IMG/VR virus record: IMGVR_UViG_3300045993_000305
Span: 1-55,052 of that record
Length of the DNA: 55,052 nt
DNA from: a virus
Lineage: Duplodnaviria > Caudoviricetes
Direction: 5' to 3' (one strand)
Shown: positions 28,035 through 38,326 of the stretch, in pieces
How the letters are laid out: each line of letters begins with the position of its first letter
Numbering within the stretch: position 1 is the stretch's first letter
Notes under the pieces: model-generated
The model's database searches: none
Told to the model about the DNA's origin: nothing
Seen by the model: the letters and a program-made list of their open reading frames with translations, nothing else
Translations under genes and position numbers: made by a program

Positions 28035-28738
28035 TATTTGAACCCGATCGAGGTGTCTCTCGTGCCGCGGGCGATCGGGTGGGCGGCGACTGATGCCGGC
28101 ATTTCGCCCTGATCGACGGTCAGCTGCAAGGAGATCGGAACGTACATCGATTTCGCGTACCCGTACAGCTCGGTCGCGCCCTCGTTCCCGGCGAACATCA
28201 TCACCGACTTCCACACGATCGCGTCATGCAGGTGCTCGGGAGACGCGGGGACGTCGTTGTTCTGCGACAGCCTCTCCGGCGTCATCCAGTAGTCAAAGGT
28301 GACGGTGTAGATGGCGTCTGGCGTGGAGTTGAACGCCAGCACGCGCCCGGGCGCCTCAGTGATGACGGTGGGGCGGCCGGGTGGGTAGGTGCGGTAGCTC
28401 TTGCGGAAGTAGTCGTACGCCCTCCACCGCAGCTCCTGCTCGTCTTCTGTCGATGTGAGGTACAGATAGGTGTTCTCGCGATCGAACTTGTCGCACGTCG
28501 TGAGCGAAAGGTCTGCCGCCACGTCGTACTCGCGCACACCCACCACCGTTTGGAACGTGAACTGGTTGCGGAGGAACTTCCAGTACGGGCGAGACGCCTG
28601 AATGTCGATCCACGCTCGCGCGGTGCGGTCGACGATTTTCTTGAGCACGCCCACTTGGTTGAGCACAGAGGTAGGGCCGTCGCCGGCGACGCCGCACTCT
28701 TGGCGCACGGTCTGGCAAAGCTGTAGGAAGGTGGGCAT
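28034..28738 (-). CDS. Head-tail adaptor (tubular A-like)
   Basis: TFLQLCQTVRQECG, WKFLR, TPDAIYTVTFDY, HDAIVW. Confidence 0.82.
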   Translation of the reverse strand: MPTFLQLCQTVRQECGVAGDGPTSVLNQVGVLKKIVDRTARAWIDIQASRPYWKFLRNQFTFQTVVGVREYDVAADLSLTTCDKFDRENTYLYLTSTEDEQELRWRAYDYFRKSYRTYPPGRPTVITEAPGRVLAFNSTPDAIYTVTFDYWMTPERLSQNNDVPASPEHLHDAIVWKSVMMFAGNEGATELYGYAKSMYVPISLQLTVDQGEMPASVAAHPIARGTRDTSIGFK

Positions 28739-28750
28739 CTGGTCCTCGTT

Positions 28751-31090
28751 TTAGGTGAGCATCGCGTAGCGCCACGTCGCGCCGACCAAGAAATAGATTC
28801 TGTTGTTCGTCGTGTCGACCACCATCGCTGAGGCGTTGGTGTACGGCGCGGTTGGGGCGCCGGTTGGCACGCCAGCGCACGACGGGATCCACGGGAATCC
28901 AGCGGTCGCATTGGTCGCGAGAGCGGCGGACCCGATGATGACGTTCTTGTTCACGCCGAACTTCATCACGTCGCCCACCCCTCCGCCATAGAAGTTCAGG
29001 GCGGCAAAAGAGTTGCCGGGGGTGCCGGTATCGTAGACGTGACCAAACAGCATCCCCTCATTGGTCGCCTGCTTGCCGAACAAGTTCTGCGAGTAGGTCT
29101 TGTTGCCGTAGATGGGCGTGCCCTGAAACTGCGCGATCATCGTCGCCGTTCCCTCAATCACATGGAACGGAGCGAGGGGCGTGCCTCCGACCCCGACGTA
29201 GCCGCTGCCCAAGCAGTCAAAGATCTTGGTGGTGCCGTCTTGCTTCCACACGCGCAGGGCGTAGTCGCTGCTGTTGGTCCCGGCAGCGATTTGCATCCCA
29301 TACGCCTGCCCAGCAGTAGTGACAGTCGTCGCCAGATTGGCGATGAGCGATCCGGCGGTGTTCTGAGTCATCTCACAACCAGTAGCGCCGCTCAGGTTGA
29401 ACTGGATGCGCCCACCAGCAGTGTAGAGAGCGTGCGCGCTTGACTCTCCACCGATGTGCAGCTTTCCGACAACGGTCGTTCCCCACCGCGTGTTGTACGA
29501 GATCACGTTGTCCATCGTCGTGGTGGCGTTCCATGTTCCCGTGTACACGATGTCGGTGGTGCCGCAGTTGACGTAGACGTTCTTGAAGCTCAGCGGTCCA
29601 TCGAACGGAGTGCGGTCCACCGTGATCGAACTGTTGCCTGAGCCTGTGACGCTGACGCCGTTGAAGCTGATGTTCCTAACGTTCTCTCCAGCCGGCCATC
29701 CCTCGAACAGCTCGAACACTTTCTCCGTCGAGGTGACGTTGCGGATGGAGCCGGAGAACTCAATCTCCTCCACCGTGTGGCCGCGAGCGATGCCGGTGTC
29801 CAGCGTGCCGTAGGGATACTGCCGGTACGCCTGACACACAACGCTGACGTTGCTGCCACCAGCCGCGTCGATGTCGAACTTGAACTTGACGTTGCTGATT
29901 GACGCCGCGCCGCCATCATCGCTGCGCGGCAGGATGTTGCACGCCATTGCCGTGCTGTTGCGCGTGCGGCCAGAGGCGCGGTATGTGATGTCGAGATTCC
30001 GGCATACCTTCACCTCTTGCACAGAGCTGTGGGACGCCGACACCAACACGTCGGCCATGTACGCGTCGCAGCTGTCGAGGACGAAGGTGCCGTTTTGGAC
30101 GCTCTCGATGAACAGACCCCGCGCTTGGTTTGACACCTTCGCTTGCACATAGACGTTCTTGCCGCCGCTGCTGAAGCTCGGCCCGTAGACCGTCCAGTTG
30201 CTGACGATGTTGGTGAAGCGGAAGTTTTCTGGCTGCTCGGCCTCGGTGTATGACGCTCCCAAGTAGGACGCCACTGACTCGTTGCCCCCGTACTGCGTCA
30301 TGTTGTCCACCACCACGTTCTTGCACGACGGGCCGAACACAAACGAGCGGAACCCAGTGGGATTGGAGTAGACGTTCGTCGGGTCGATCGCCATCCCAGT
30401 GACGCGGATGTTGCGGATGAACAGGTTCTGCGACGACGTGAAGTAGAAGACGTTGTGGTAGGCGGCTGGCCCGTAGGTGTATGTGTAATTGATCGTGATC
30501 AGGGCGCCGCTGCCATCGAAGTCCAGCCCGTTGACGTTGTTGAGCGTGAACATGCTGGCGCCGTTGAGCGCCGTCGGTGCAATCGCGTAGTTCGCGTCTC
30601 GCCGCAGGCGCACCACTCCGCCGCCGGCAGCCGCGACCGCGGTCATCATCTTGCCAAAGTTGACGGTGTCGTCCGTCGATCCGTTGCCGACGCACCCAAA
30701 GTCCTCGGGCGTGAAGACCGTCGTCAGGCGATTGGCGAGCGGACGCGAGATCCCGCCCACCCATGTGTTGTTGCCGCTGGACAGGGTGACCGCGCCGTCA
30801 ACGACTAGATCCCCGGCCATGTTGACCGTGCCAGTGAACTGCGGGCTCGCGAGAGGAGCGCCGCCAATGGCGGTCAGGACGGCGGCAGACGTGGCGGACC
30901 CAACGATAGCGCGCCCGGTAGCGGTGAATGTGGCGAGAGCCGCTGATGCGGGCCCGGTGTAGTAGGGGAGACGATCGGACGCTGGCGTGACGCTGGCGAG
31001 CGCCACCACAGCGGGATCAGTAACGATGCCGTCGGCTGCGTTCAACCACGACGCTGTGACGATGGTGGAATAGTCGGTGAACGATGTCAT
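28751..31090 (-). CDS. Tailspike / beta-helix depolymerase-like protein
   Basis: PEDFGCVGNGSTDDT pectate-lyase-3-type start, followed by Asn/Ile/Val beta-helix rungs. Confidence 0.82.
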   Translation of the reverse strand: MTSFTDYSTIVTASWLNAADGIVTDPAVVALASVTPASDRLPYYTGPASAALATFTATGRAIVGSATSAAVLTAIGGAPLASPQFTGTVNMAGDLVVDGAVTLSSGNNTWVGGISRPLANRLTTVFTPEDFGCVGNGSTDDTVNFGKMMTAVAAAGGGVVRLRRDANYAIAPTALNGASMFTLNNVNGLDFDGSGALITINYTYTYGPAAYHNVFYFTSSQNLFIRNIRVTGMAIDPTNVYSNPTGFRSFVFGPSCKNVVVDNMTQYGGNESVASYLGASYTEAEQPENFRFTNIVSNWTVYGPSFSSGGKNVYVQAKVSNQARGLFIESVQNGTFVLDSCDAYMADVLVSASHSSVQEVKVCRNLDITYRASGRTRNSTAMACNILPRSDDGGAASISNVKFKFDIDAAGGSNVSVVCQAYRQYPYGTLDTGIARGHTVEEIEFSGSIRNVTSTEKVFELFEGWPAGENVRNISFNGVSVTGSGNSSITVDRTPFDGPLSFKNVYVNCGTTDIVYTGTWNATTTMDNVISYNTRWGTTVVGKLHIGGESSAHALYTAGGRIQFNLSGATGCEMTQNTAGSLIANLATTVTTAGQAYGMQIAAGTNSSDYALRVWKQDGTTKIFDCLGSGYVGVGGTPLAPFHVIEGTATMIAQFQGTPIYGNKTYSQNLFGKQATNEGMLFGHVYDTGTPGNSFAALNFYGGGVGDVMKFGVNKNVIIGSAALATNATAGFPWIPSCAGVPTGAPTAPYTNASAMVVDTTNNRIYFLVGATWRYAMLT

Positions 31091-31099
31091 GCAATCATC

Positions 31100-31327
31100 C
31101 TATGGTCGGGTGCCGCGATCAACGCCGGCCACCATACACCCGGCGACGCCGAGCCCCGCGACCGCTTGGACAGAGTAGAGCGTGCATCCAAGCTGAGGCG
31201 GGTGGGCGCGGTAGTACGGGTCCAGCAGATACTCTGAGGTGCGGTGCCCTGAAGAGCGAGCGCGCTCAGAAGCGCCCGTCCCGGCGGAGCGCAGGTGCTC
31301 TGGCGTGCCGGTGCGGGCGAGGCGCAT
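31100..31327 (-). CDS. Small hypothetical virion-associated protein
   Basis: Fills the gap; AVAGLGVAGCMVAG motif. Confidence 0.6.
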   Translation of the reverse strand: MRLARTGTPEHLRSAGTGASERARSSGHRTSEYLLDPYYRAHPPQLGCTLYSVQAVAGLGVAGCMVAGVDRGTRP

Positions 31328-31330
31328 GGG

Positions 31331-31735
31331 CTACAGCGAGACGCCCGGGGCCGGGTCGATCGGCATGTAGTTGAAGGGCTCGCTCGGGACGTCCATCGAG
31401 ACGACGATGTTCTTGCCCTGCTCGTCCTTCTTCCGCATGAAGCGGCGCTCGATGTTGTTCTTCATGTGCGTCACGACGTACCACGGCAGCTCCACTTCGA
31501 CGCCGCGGGGAATCCAGTAGATCTCCTCGTTCACCACGACGGACAGCGGGTTGGGTGCCTTCTCGCGCGGCTGAAGCGTGAACTTGGCGCGCAACACGTT
31601 GCCGTGAACGTCGGTCTTGCCCAGCCGGTAGTCGGTGTGGTCGACGTGATCGGCCTCGATCTCGTCCATGATGCCCTTCGCGACCTGCGCGAGAGCCTGC
31701 GTCGCTGCTTCCTTGCTCTTTGCTTTCGTTACCAT
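31331..31735 (-). CDS. Hypothetical head-module protein
   Basis: VVVNEEIYWIPRGVEVELPWYVV pattern often found downstream of N4-gp56-type capsid genes. Confidence 0.75.
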   Translation of the reverse strand: MVTKAKSKEAATQALAQVAKGIMDEIEADHVDHTDYRLGKTDVHGNVLRAKFTLQPREKAPNPLSVVVNEEIYWIPRGVEVELPWYVVTHMKNNIERRFMRKKDEQGKNIVVSMDVPSEPFNYMPIDPAPGVSL

Positions 31736-31758
31736 GTTGTCTCCGCTCCTGTGGTTGG

Positions 31759-31790
31759 AAGAGCCCCGGGGGCGCGTGGCTCCCGGGGCG
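31759..31790 (-). terminator. GC-rich hairpin / weak terminator after the head genes
   Basis: GCCCCGGG...CCCGGGGC followed by TCTT. Confidence 0.45.
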
Positions 31791-31837
31791 TGTTACTAGG
31801 CCGATCTGCGCCGGCTTATTGAGATCTCGACTACGGG

Positions 31838-32404
31838 TTACGCGCCGCCGGCGACGAACGTGTACTTCGTCACGTCAGCGGTCAGGATGCCGACAGGCGC
31901 CGCGCTGGAAACTACGCCGACCGCGTCCCAGTTTGTCGTGCCGGGCACCCAGACAGCGTTCGTTCCGTTCACCACCTTGAACACGGCCACCGGAGCGTAG
32001 GTGTCCGGTACCGCGATGTCGGGGATCGATCCGTCGCCCTTCGGACCACGCGGGAAACCGTAGCCCAGCACCTGATTTGCATAGGTGCCCTGAATGACGT
32101 ACGAAGTGCCGGCCGCGTTGACCACCCAGAGGTAGTACACGGTCGTGCTCTTCGGTTGATCGTAGTACACGTCGCTGCCCGTGACTGGGTTCTGAAGCGC
32201 CGGCAGCGTCGCCAGCACCTTGTTGGTCACGTCGGCCGTTGTGAACGCTCCGCCGCCGGCCAAACCGACGATGATCGCATCCGGCTCGGTGACGCTGTCG
32301 AACGTCGCCGTCGAGTTTTGCAGATTGACCAGCGAGCGCGAGAGGATCCGCGTGCCGATGAGTTCCCGCAGAGTGCGGTACTGAATGTCTTGAAGTCGTG
32401 CCAT
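31838..32404 (-). CDS. Putative capsid decoration/cement protein
   Basis: Immediately after the major capsid gene; beta-rich; SD GGAG before ATG 32404. Confidence 0.65.
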   Translation of the reverse strand: MARLQDIQYRTLRELIGTRILSRSLVNLQNSTATFDSVTEPDAIIVGLAGGGAFTTADVTNKVLATLPALQNPVTGSDVYYDQPKSTTVYYLWVVNAAGTSYVIQGTYANQVLGYGFPRGPKGDGSIPDIAVPDTYAPVAVFKVVNGTNAVWVPGTTNWDAVGVVSSAAPVGILTADVTKYTFVAGGA

Positions 32405-32490
32405 CTGATTCTCCAGTTTAGAGCCCAAGGGGCTATGGTTACACGTCAGGGGATTCCCCGGCCAGCGGAGTGCCAGCCGGGGTCAGACGA

Positions 32491-33480
32491 TTACAGCGAG
32501 GTGACGCCGCACTCCAACCGATACATCCAGTTTTCGTTGAGACGCAGAGCGGTGAACCAATACTTCGCGCCCACCACGTCACGCTGGTTCAGCGGGTCAG
32601 ACTTGTCGCCGCCAGTGTGAACAAACATCTCGACCGACTTCGCGCCCTTGAGGGGAACCTGCGCGAACGCGCCGCGAGCGATGAAGATGTACGGGTAGAC
32701 GTCGACCTTGTCGGCCGTGACGAACTTCATCCCGTTCTCGGTCGAGCTGCCGGCAGCGATGAACGGCTCGGCGTTGACCGTCAGGATGAAGCGGATGTTC
32801 TCGAACGAACCGAGCTCGTACACCGAGATCGGCTTGCGGCTGCCGTACTTGGCGACCGGGACGAACCCGGAGAGAGCGCGGATGTCGTGCTCGCAGTCGG
32901 TGTGCGCGAAGCAGACGTAGCCGGCCTCGATTGCACGCGTGTCGTAATTCACAGACGGAGACATCACCTCGGTGATGAATTTTGCGCGCTGCGAGTTGAG
33001 CACACGAGTCGCGGCGTGGATCTTCAGCGAAGACAGCGCCGTGTTGACGTCCGAGCGCGCAACGCCGTTGGCGTAGCCCACTTGCGAGCCCGCCTTCAGC
33101 ACGCCGTAGATGACGCCTTCGATCGTCTCGATCGCTTGCTCACCGAGGTTCTTGCTCGCCTCGGCCAGCACGGGATCTTCCGACAGCTCGCGGACGCGAT
33201 CGGTCGTCTCGACCACGTCGCCCCATTCCTGCATCGTCGCGGTGACGTCCTCGAACTGCATCTGACGCGCGGTGGGCGTGACGCCTTCCGCAAGTTCAGT
33301 CGTCAGCTTCGGGAACGGAACCGAACGCCGGAACGAGATGACCTCGGCCTTGTTCTTCGGCATGGGCTTGACCTCGCCGAACTTGGCGAAGACTTCTTGG
33401 GGAGCAGCGTGCTCCAGAAAAACGGTGGCGGCGTAGACGTTGGTGCGTTGTGCCGCGGTGGCGTAGGTGTTCAAAGGCAT
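32491..33480 (-). CDS. Major capsid protein (N4-gp56 family)
   Basis: KPMPKNK...FRR, LAEGVTP, EWGDVVETTD, ELGSFENIRFI, DKSDPLNQR. Confidence 0.93.
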   Translation of the reverse strand: MPLNTYATAAQRTNVYAATVFLEHAAPQEVFAKFGEVKPMPKNKAEVISFRRSVPFPKLTTELAEGVTPTARQMQFEDVTATMQEWGDVVETTDRVRELSEDPVLAEASKNLGEQAIETIEGVIYGVLKAGSQVGYANGVARSDVNTALSSLKIHAATRVLNSQRAKFITEVMSPSVNYDTRAIEAGYVCFAHTDCEHDIRALSGFVPVAKYGSRKPISVYELGSFENIRFILTVNAEPFIAAGSSTENGMKFVTADKVDVYPYIFIARGAFAQVPLKGAKSVEMFVHTGGDKSDPLNQRDVVGAKYWFTALRLNENWMYRLECGVTSL

Positions 33481-33489
33481 GGTAGTTCC

Positions 33490-34443
33490 TTATGCGTAGC
33501 GGCTCTTCAGTCGCTCGTTGGACTTTTTCGCGTAGAACGCGAAGAGTTGGTCCTCGTCGCTGAGATCCACTGATTGGTTGGGGGCGGTGGCCCGGTTCGT
33601 TGGTGTGCGCGCTCCTTCAGCTTGGGCGCCCCGTCGCGCGGCCAGCGTTGCAGCGGCAGCGACTTTTGTGGGATCCGGCGTTGGTGCGGTCGACCGAGCG
33701 CGGTGTGCCCCGTACAGATCGAAGAGCGCAATGGCGTCAGCGACATCGTCACTGGACGCGAGCTTCTCATACGTTGTAGAGGTGGCCTTCCACGCTTGAA
33801 ACTCACTGCTGCGTGCTACGTCCCGCCAACCTGCGTGGACGCTCTCGACTGCTTCCCAAGCGTCCTGCATGTAGCGGTTCTTCTTCTCGCTCTCGATGTA
33901 CTCCACCGCCTCCGCGATCTTGGGATCGTTGCCGGCCGCGCCTTTCGACGTGCGGGCCTCGATCGCCTTCGCGATGTCGGGGTAGTCCTGAGCGAACTGC
34001 ACCCACTCCGGTGGCTCCTCTTGTGTGGCTGCGGGAGCGGCTTCGGCTGCCGGAGTGCGTTTGCCTGCTGCTTCCTCGTACCGTCTCTGGTACGCGGACA
34101 TTCTGCCAGCCATGCTGCGGTTGTCCTGTTCGAGCTTCTTCGCTTTGGCCTCAGCGTCAGCGGCGGCTTTGAGGCGCTGTGCCAGCGCGTCGCGCTTATC
34201 CGCGGGGATGAGTCCAAGCAAGTCAGCGTCGGGGTCATCCGGCGGCGCTGCCGTCACGGGCGCTGGCGCAGGCGCCGCGTCCTCAATGGTGGGCGAGGGA
34301 TCCGGGTCTTCCGTCTCCAGCTTCGCCACTTGTTCGTTGAACGCAGCCTCGTACGCGGCGTCTTCCTGTTCGGGCGTCAGCTCCTCGGGAGCGATGATGG
34401 CGCCGGTTGCCGGGTCGGTGTTGTGTGTCACTGCGTCTGTCAT
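33490..34443 (-). CDS. Capsid scaffolding protein
   Basis: Acidic, coiled coil, FAQDYPD and HAGW motifs; directly upstream of the capsid gene. Confidence 0.8.
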   Translation of the reverse strand: MTDAVTHNTDPATGAIIAPEELTPEQEDAAYEAAFNEQVAKLETEDPDPSPTIEDAAPAPAPVTAAPPDDPDADLLGLIPADKRDALAQRLKAAADAEAKAKKLEQDNRSMAGRMSAYQRRYEEAAGKRTPAAEAAPAATQEEPPEWVQFAQDYPDIAKAIEARTSKGAAGNDPKIAEAVEYIESEKKNRYMQDAWEAVESVHAGWRDVARSSEFQAWKATSTTYEKLASSDDVADAIALFDLYGAHRARSTAPTPDPTKVAAAATLAARRGAQAEGARTPTNRATAPNQSVDLSDEDQLFAFYAKKSNERLKSRYA

Positions 34444-34673
34444 ACGATCCCCCTAGGGTTCATCCCGCTATAGCGTAGCGGGGCAACGTGCGGCGGCCTA
34501 TCCGCCAGCAGATTCCGCAGCTCTTGGATGGCGCCCCGGGCGAGCTGCGTTTCGCGTTCGGTCATGTCCGGGCTCTCCAGTTGCTTCGTCTTGTACTCGA
34601 TGCGAGCGATGATGGCGCGCTTCAGCTTGGCTCCAGCGTCTGACGAAAGGTCCAGCTCTTCTGTCACGCTCAT
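34440..34673 (-). CDS. Small portal-adjacent protein
   Basis: LESPDMTERETQLARGAIQELRNLL; lies between portal and scaffold. Confidence 0.75.
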   Translation of the reverse strand: MSVTEELDLSSDAGAKLKRAIIARIEYKTKQLESPDMTERETQLARGAIQELRNLLADRPPHVAPLRYSGMNPRGIV

Positions 34674-34674
34674 G

Positions 34675-36942
34675 TCAAATGCCCGTCCCCATCTTCAGCT
34701 TGGTGTCCATCTCGCTGTTGAACATCTGCGCCTCGACGTCCTTGCCGATCTTGATGCCGGCGAGCCGCGCCTGCGCCTGTTCGAGCGATATCTTCTGGTC
34801 GGACGCGATGCGGGCGACCGCGATGCGCTCCTGACTTTCGGTCTGCCGGTTGCGCGCGTCGATCTCGGCCTGCTTCATCGCCAGCTTGGCTTGCTCCAGA
34901 TTCGGGTCCGGGCCAGCCGGTCCTGCCTGCGCTCCCTGCGCTCCGGCCGCCTGCGCCGCAGCCGCCTGCTGTTGCTGGTCGAGGTTCTTCTTGATCTCCT
35001 CGTCGGGCAGGATGATGTCCTGAATCCGCTTGGCCTTCAGCGCCTGCTGGTACAGCTTCTTCATGTCGGTGTACGGCTGCCACGTCGGCTGCATTGCGAT
35101 GGCCATCGCCTCGCTCAGCGCCTGCCCCTGCTGCTCCTTGTCGAGCAGCGTCGAGCTGCCGCGGGCGACCGAGCGGAAGTCGCCCTTGATGTCGTCGCGC
35201 GGGTTGAACTGCATGTTCCACTCGTAGAACTTGTTGATGAGCGGGATCGTCATGTAGTCGTCGAAGAACTTCACGGTGCGCCGGAGCACCACGGTGGACG
35301 CGTTGTACAGCAGGCTCATTCCCTGCGCCGTCTGCGTGATATGCGGGGCCATCTCGCCCTGCATGATGAGAGGCAGCTGGGTCACGTCGTCGGCGAACCT
35401 GATGGCCAGCTGGAGGATGTTGTCGAGCTCCGCCTGATGGCTGTCGATCGAGAACTGAGCGAACACGTCGCCCACTCGCGCCACGTCATCCGCGACGTAC
35501 CACAGCTTCTTGGGCTTCATGTGGTAGTCGCCGTCCGCCGGCGTCACAGCGTTGGCGCGCATCACGGTCTGCGGGCACACGCTCAGGCCCGCGTTGTCGT
35601 GCTTCATGCGCCACGCCGCGTTCACCGAATCTTGCTCGCCGCGCATCAGCCGCGGGATCCCCGTGCCGAACGGCGACGCCTCGTCCTTGTCGCAGTAGCA
35701 GACGTTGAACGGCATCGATCCGCTGTCGAGCGGGTTGATGTCGACCTTCAGCACCTCGCCGCCGCAGATCCAGACCACTCCCATCACGACGTCGGACACG
35801 CCCATCGCGTCGGGCTCCATGTCCACAGCGCGCAGGTCGTCCGCCGTGAGCTCGCCGTAGTACCGCAGGAGCCTGTACCGCTGGTCGATGATGTTGCTCG
35901 TCTCGCTCAGCTGCCGCAGCTCGGTCATCCAGCGCAGCATGTGGACGTTGAACGGCGCCTGCTCCAGCGCCCGCTCCACTGCCGCCGGGATGAAGTTGAA
36001 CCGCTTCGCGTACTTCCTGAACGTCGCCTTGTTCACGAGGTACTGGACGAACGCGAACTCCCAGTCCTCGGGCGCCTCGGAGCTCATGTCCGGGTAGAAG
36101 TTCCAGCAGTCCACCCACTGCAAGCCCGGACGCATGTCGGTGTTCTTCACCAGCGTGCGGACGTAGTCGTACCCATTCGGCTGCCCGTCCACCCCCATCC
36201 GCTCTTGAGGCTTCCATGTCACGCGCCACTCGTCGAGGATCGCCGGGCCCATCACGATGCCCGTGCCCAGCTTGGCCATCTGCTCGATCGCCTTGCGCTG
36301 GACAGCGTTGACGTTCGCCTCGGTCAGTTGGTCCTCGACCTCGCTCTCCATGTCCTCGCACCGCGACGCGGCCTCTTCCTTCACCGCGCGCTCGATGTCC
36401 GTCTGGAGCACCACGTTGTTCTCGGGAGTGGTCGTTGGCTCCAGCGCGCCCGTCTCCGGGTTCGTCGTGCCGGCAACAGCTTCAGGCAGCGCGCCCTTCT
36501 GCGCCTTGCCGACCATCTCCGGCACCGGCGTGTTCTCCATGCCCCAGTTCTTCTCGTCGGTGGGCAGGACCATGTCCATCACTCGCGCGCTGAACGCGTG
36601 GGTCTTGGGCTTGGTGATGTTCAGGAACAGGGCGCAGCTCTCGGCCTCGTCCAGCTCCTTCTCGATGCTCGGATCGTAGCGGCCGTGATACTGCCGCAGG
36701 TCTTCCAGCCAGCGCGTCTCGATGTACTGCCGCTTGATCTCGCTGTCGTTGAACTTCGCGAGGATCATGTGCCCCAGATTCTGGAGCTGCTCCGCGCTGA
36801 CCTGCTTCAGCTTCTCGGCGGCCTCGTGCTGGGCCGGGTTGCTGCCGTCCTCCATGTCGTAGACGACCTCGCCCTGCCCGAACTCGGGCTGCTCGTCATC
36901 GACGAACTGAGGCTCTTGCGTTTCGATCGGTTCAGGCATCAT
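34675..36942 (-). CDS. Portal protein (P22-like)
   Basis: WLEDLRQYHGRY, GTGIVMGP, NFYPD, FGTGIP, TAQGMSLL, long C-terminal coiled barrel; follows TerL. Confidence 0.92.
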   Translation of the reverse strand: MMPEPIETQEPQFVDDEQPEFGQGEVVYDMEDGSNPAQHEAAEKLKQVSAEQLQNLGHMILAKFNDSEIKRQYIETRWLEDLRQYHGRYDPSIEKELDEAESCALFLNITKPKTHAFSARVMDMVLPTDEKNWGMENTPVPEMVGKAQKGALPEAVAGTTNPETGALEPTTTPENNVVLQTDIERAVKEEAASRCEDMESEVEDQLTEANVNAVQRKAIEQMAKLGTGIVMGPAILDEWRVTWKPQERMGVDGQPNGYDYVRTLVKNTDMRPGLQWVDCWNFYPDMSSEAPEDWEFAFVQYLVNKATFRKYAKRFNFIPAAVERALEQAPFNVHMLRWMTELRQLSETSNIIDQRYRLLRYYGELTADDLRAVDMEPDAMGVSDVVMGVVWICGGEVLKVDINPLDSGSMPFNVCYCDKDEASPFGTGIPRLMRGEQDSVNAAWRMKHDNAGLSVCPQTVMRANAVTPADGDYHMKPKKLWYVADDVARVGDVFAQFSIDSHQAELDNILQLAIRFADDVTQLPLIMQGEMAPHITQTAQGMSLLYNASTVVLRRTVKFFDDYMTIPLINKFYEWNMQFNPRDDIKGDFRSVARGSSTLLDKEQQGQALSEAMAIAMQPTWQPYTDMKKLYQQALKAKRIQDIILPDEEIKKNLDQQQQAAAAQAAGAQGAQAGPAGPDPNLEQAKLAMKQAEIDARNRQTESQERIAVARIASDQKISLEQAQARLAGIKIGKDVEAQMFNSEMDTKLKMGTGI

Positions 36943-36952
36943 TGTCCTATTG

Positions 36953-38326
36953 TCAGTAGCCCACTCGACGGTTGCCCACGCTGCTCACGCGCGGTGCGTT
37001 GCGAGGCAGCTGGGTGGGCGAGCCGGAGAAGCTGGGGAACGTGATCGTGCTCGCGCTCTTGGCCTTCCAGCCATCTGCCCACTGTCGGATGGCGTCTGCA
37101 TAATTCGATGACCAGTCGTGGACCGGCTCGCTGCTGTACGATCGCGTCGACTCGTTCCACTTCTTGTGGTACGACTCCAGCGCCTCGATCCCGCGCTTGC
37201 ATCCCTCGGCATCGAACGACGCGGTGCCCATGCGGGTGCGCGTCAGGTTGACCGATGTCCACACGTCTGGCGTCCGATCGACCCGCACTAGGTCGCGCAT
37301 GCCGAGCCCGAACATCTGGTCCCACACGTTCGCGCCAAGCGGGTTCGACTTGCTGGCCAGCGTGACGTTCTTGCAGTCGTGCGGCAGGTGGTGGTGGCCG
37401 TACAGGTAGCCGCGCTCCTTCAGGTAGCGGACGAAGTGCGGCACGCTCTCGCCGGCCTCCTCGTACGCGTGGATGAAGCGGTCCTCGCCTTGCACCTGCT
37501 GGTGGAACCAGATCGCCGTCGTGTCGCTGTGCCCGATGTCCCAGAACGTGTTGACCGGGTGCCGCGGATCGTACGGGAAGCGCCCGATGCGGCCGGCTGC
37601 CCGGGCGGCTGCCAGCGCCTGCCCAAAGATGCTGCCCTGACGCACGCCTTCCCACGAGCAGAAAAACTCTTGGTCGACCATGTCGTCGTCCATGCCGGAG
37701 TCGCGCTCGGCCTGAATCGCCTCGGGCGGGATCAGGCGCGTGTCGGTCACCGACAGGAGCTCAGAGAACCAGTCCGGGTTCTTCTCCGCCATCCGGTACA
37801 GCGTGTGCCCGTGATTGCGGCCGCGCGGCGTGTAGATGAACACCGCCCAGCCACCGTTCTCGGTCAGGATCGGTCGCAGGTAGTCCCACGCCGCCGGGTT
37901 GCCCACGCTGTACTCGCTGAACGTGACGCCCACATAGTTGGTGCCCACGAGGCTGTTGTAGTTGTCCGACCCCGCGACGCCCCATGTCGAGCCGTTCTTG
38001 AGCTCGATGAACATTTCCTGATCCACCGTGCGCGCCCGCAGAGCGATTGGGAACACCTGATCGATCACGCGCCTACCCTGCTTGTCGATCGCCAGCCAGA
38101 TTGCCTTCCGCGCTTGCGCGGCCTCGGGCAGCATGTGCAGGTAGCTCCCAACGCGCTGGTGGGCGGCGACGCACGTCCAGTTGAGCGCCGTCGAGTCCTT
38201 ACCCGCGCGCCGGTGCCACACTGCCACCGCCCGGAGCCCGCCGGCTGCCATGTAGTTCCAGAAGCCCAGCTGGTGCTCGCGAGGATCCCAGTCGTTGGGA
38301 ACCGTCAGTCGAGTCGGCTCAGCCAA
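36953..38326 (-). CDS. terL: Terminase large subunit
   Basis: Walker A WHRRAGKD, Walker B VTFSEY, YTPRGRNH, WDIGHSD, HDWSSNYADA. Confidence 0.96.
   Translation of the reverse strand: MAEPTRLTVPNDWDPREHQLGFWNYMAAGGLRAVAVWHRRAGKDSTALNWTCVAAHQRVGSYLHMLPEAAQARKAIWLAIDKQGRRVIDQVFPIALRARTVDQEMFIELKNGSTWGVAGSDNYNSLVGTNYVGVTFSEYSVGNPAAWDYLRPILTENGGWAVFIYTPRGRNHGHTLYRMAEKNPDWFSELLSVTDTRLIPPEAIQAERDSGMDDDMVDQEFFCSWEGVRQGSIFGQALAAARAAGRIGRFPYDPRHPVNTFWDIGHSDTTAIWFHQQVQGEDRFIHAYEEAGESVPHFVRYLKERGYLYGHHHLPHDCKNVTLASKSNPLGANVWDQMFGLGMRDLVRVDRTPDVWTSVNLTRTRMGTASFDAEGCKRGIEALESYHKKWNESTRSYSSEPVHDWSSNYADAIRQWADGWKAKSASTITFPSFSGSPTQLPRNAPRVSSVGNRRVGY

Noticed and set aside
34528-37044. 838-aa plus-strand ORF, and similar long antisense ORFs (5416-6915, 14622-16019, 18184-19578, 51867-53105)
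   Set aside because: They mirror well-supported minus-strand genes; stop-poor shadow frames are expected at this GC content, and they show no motifs
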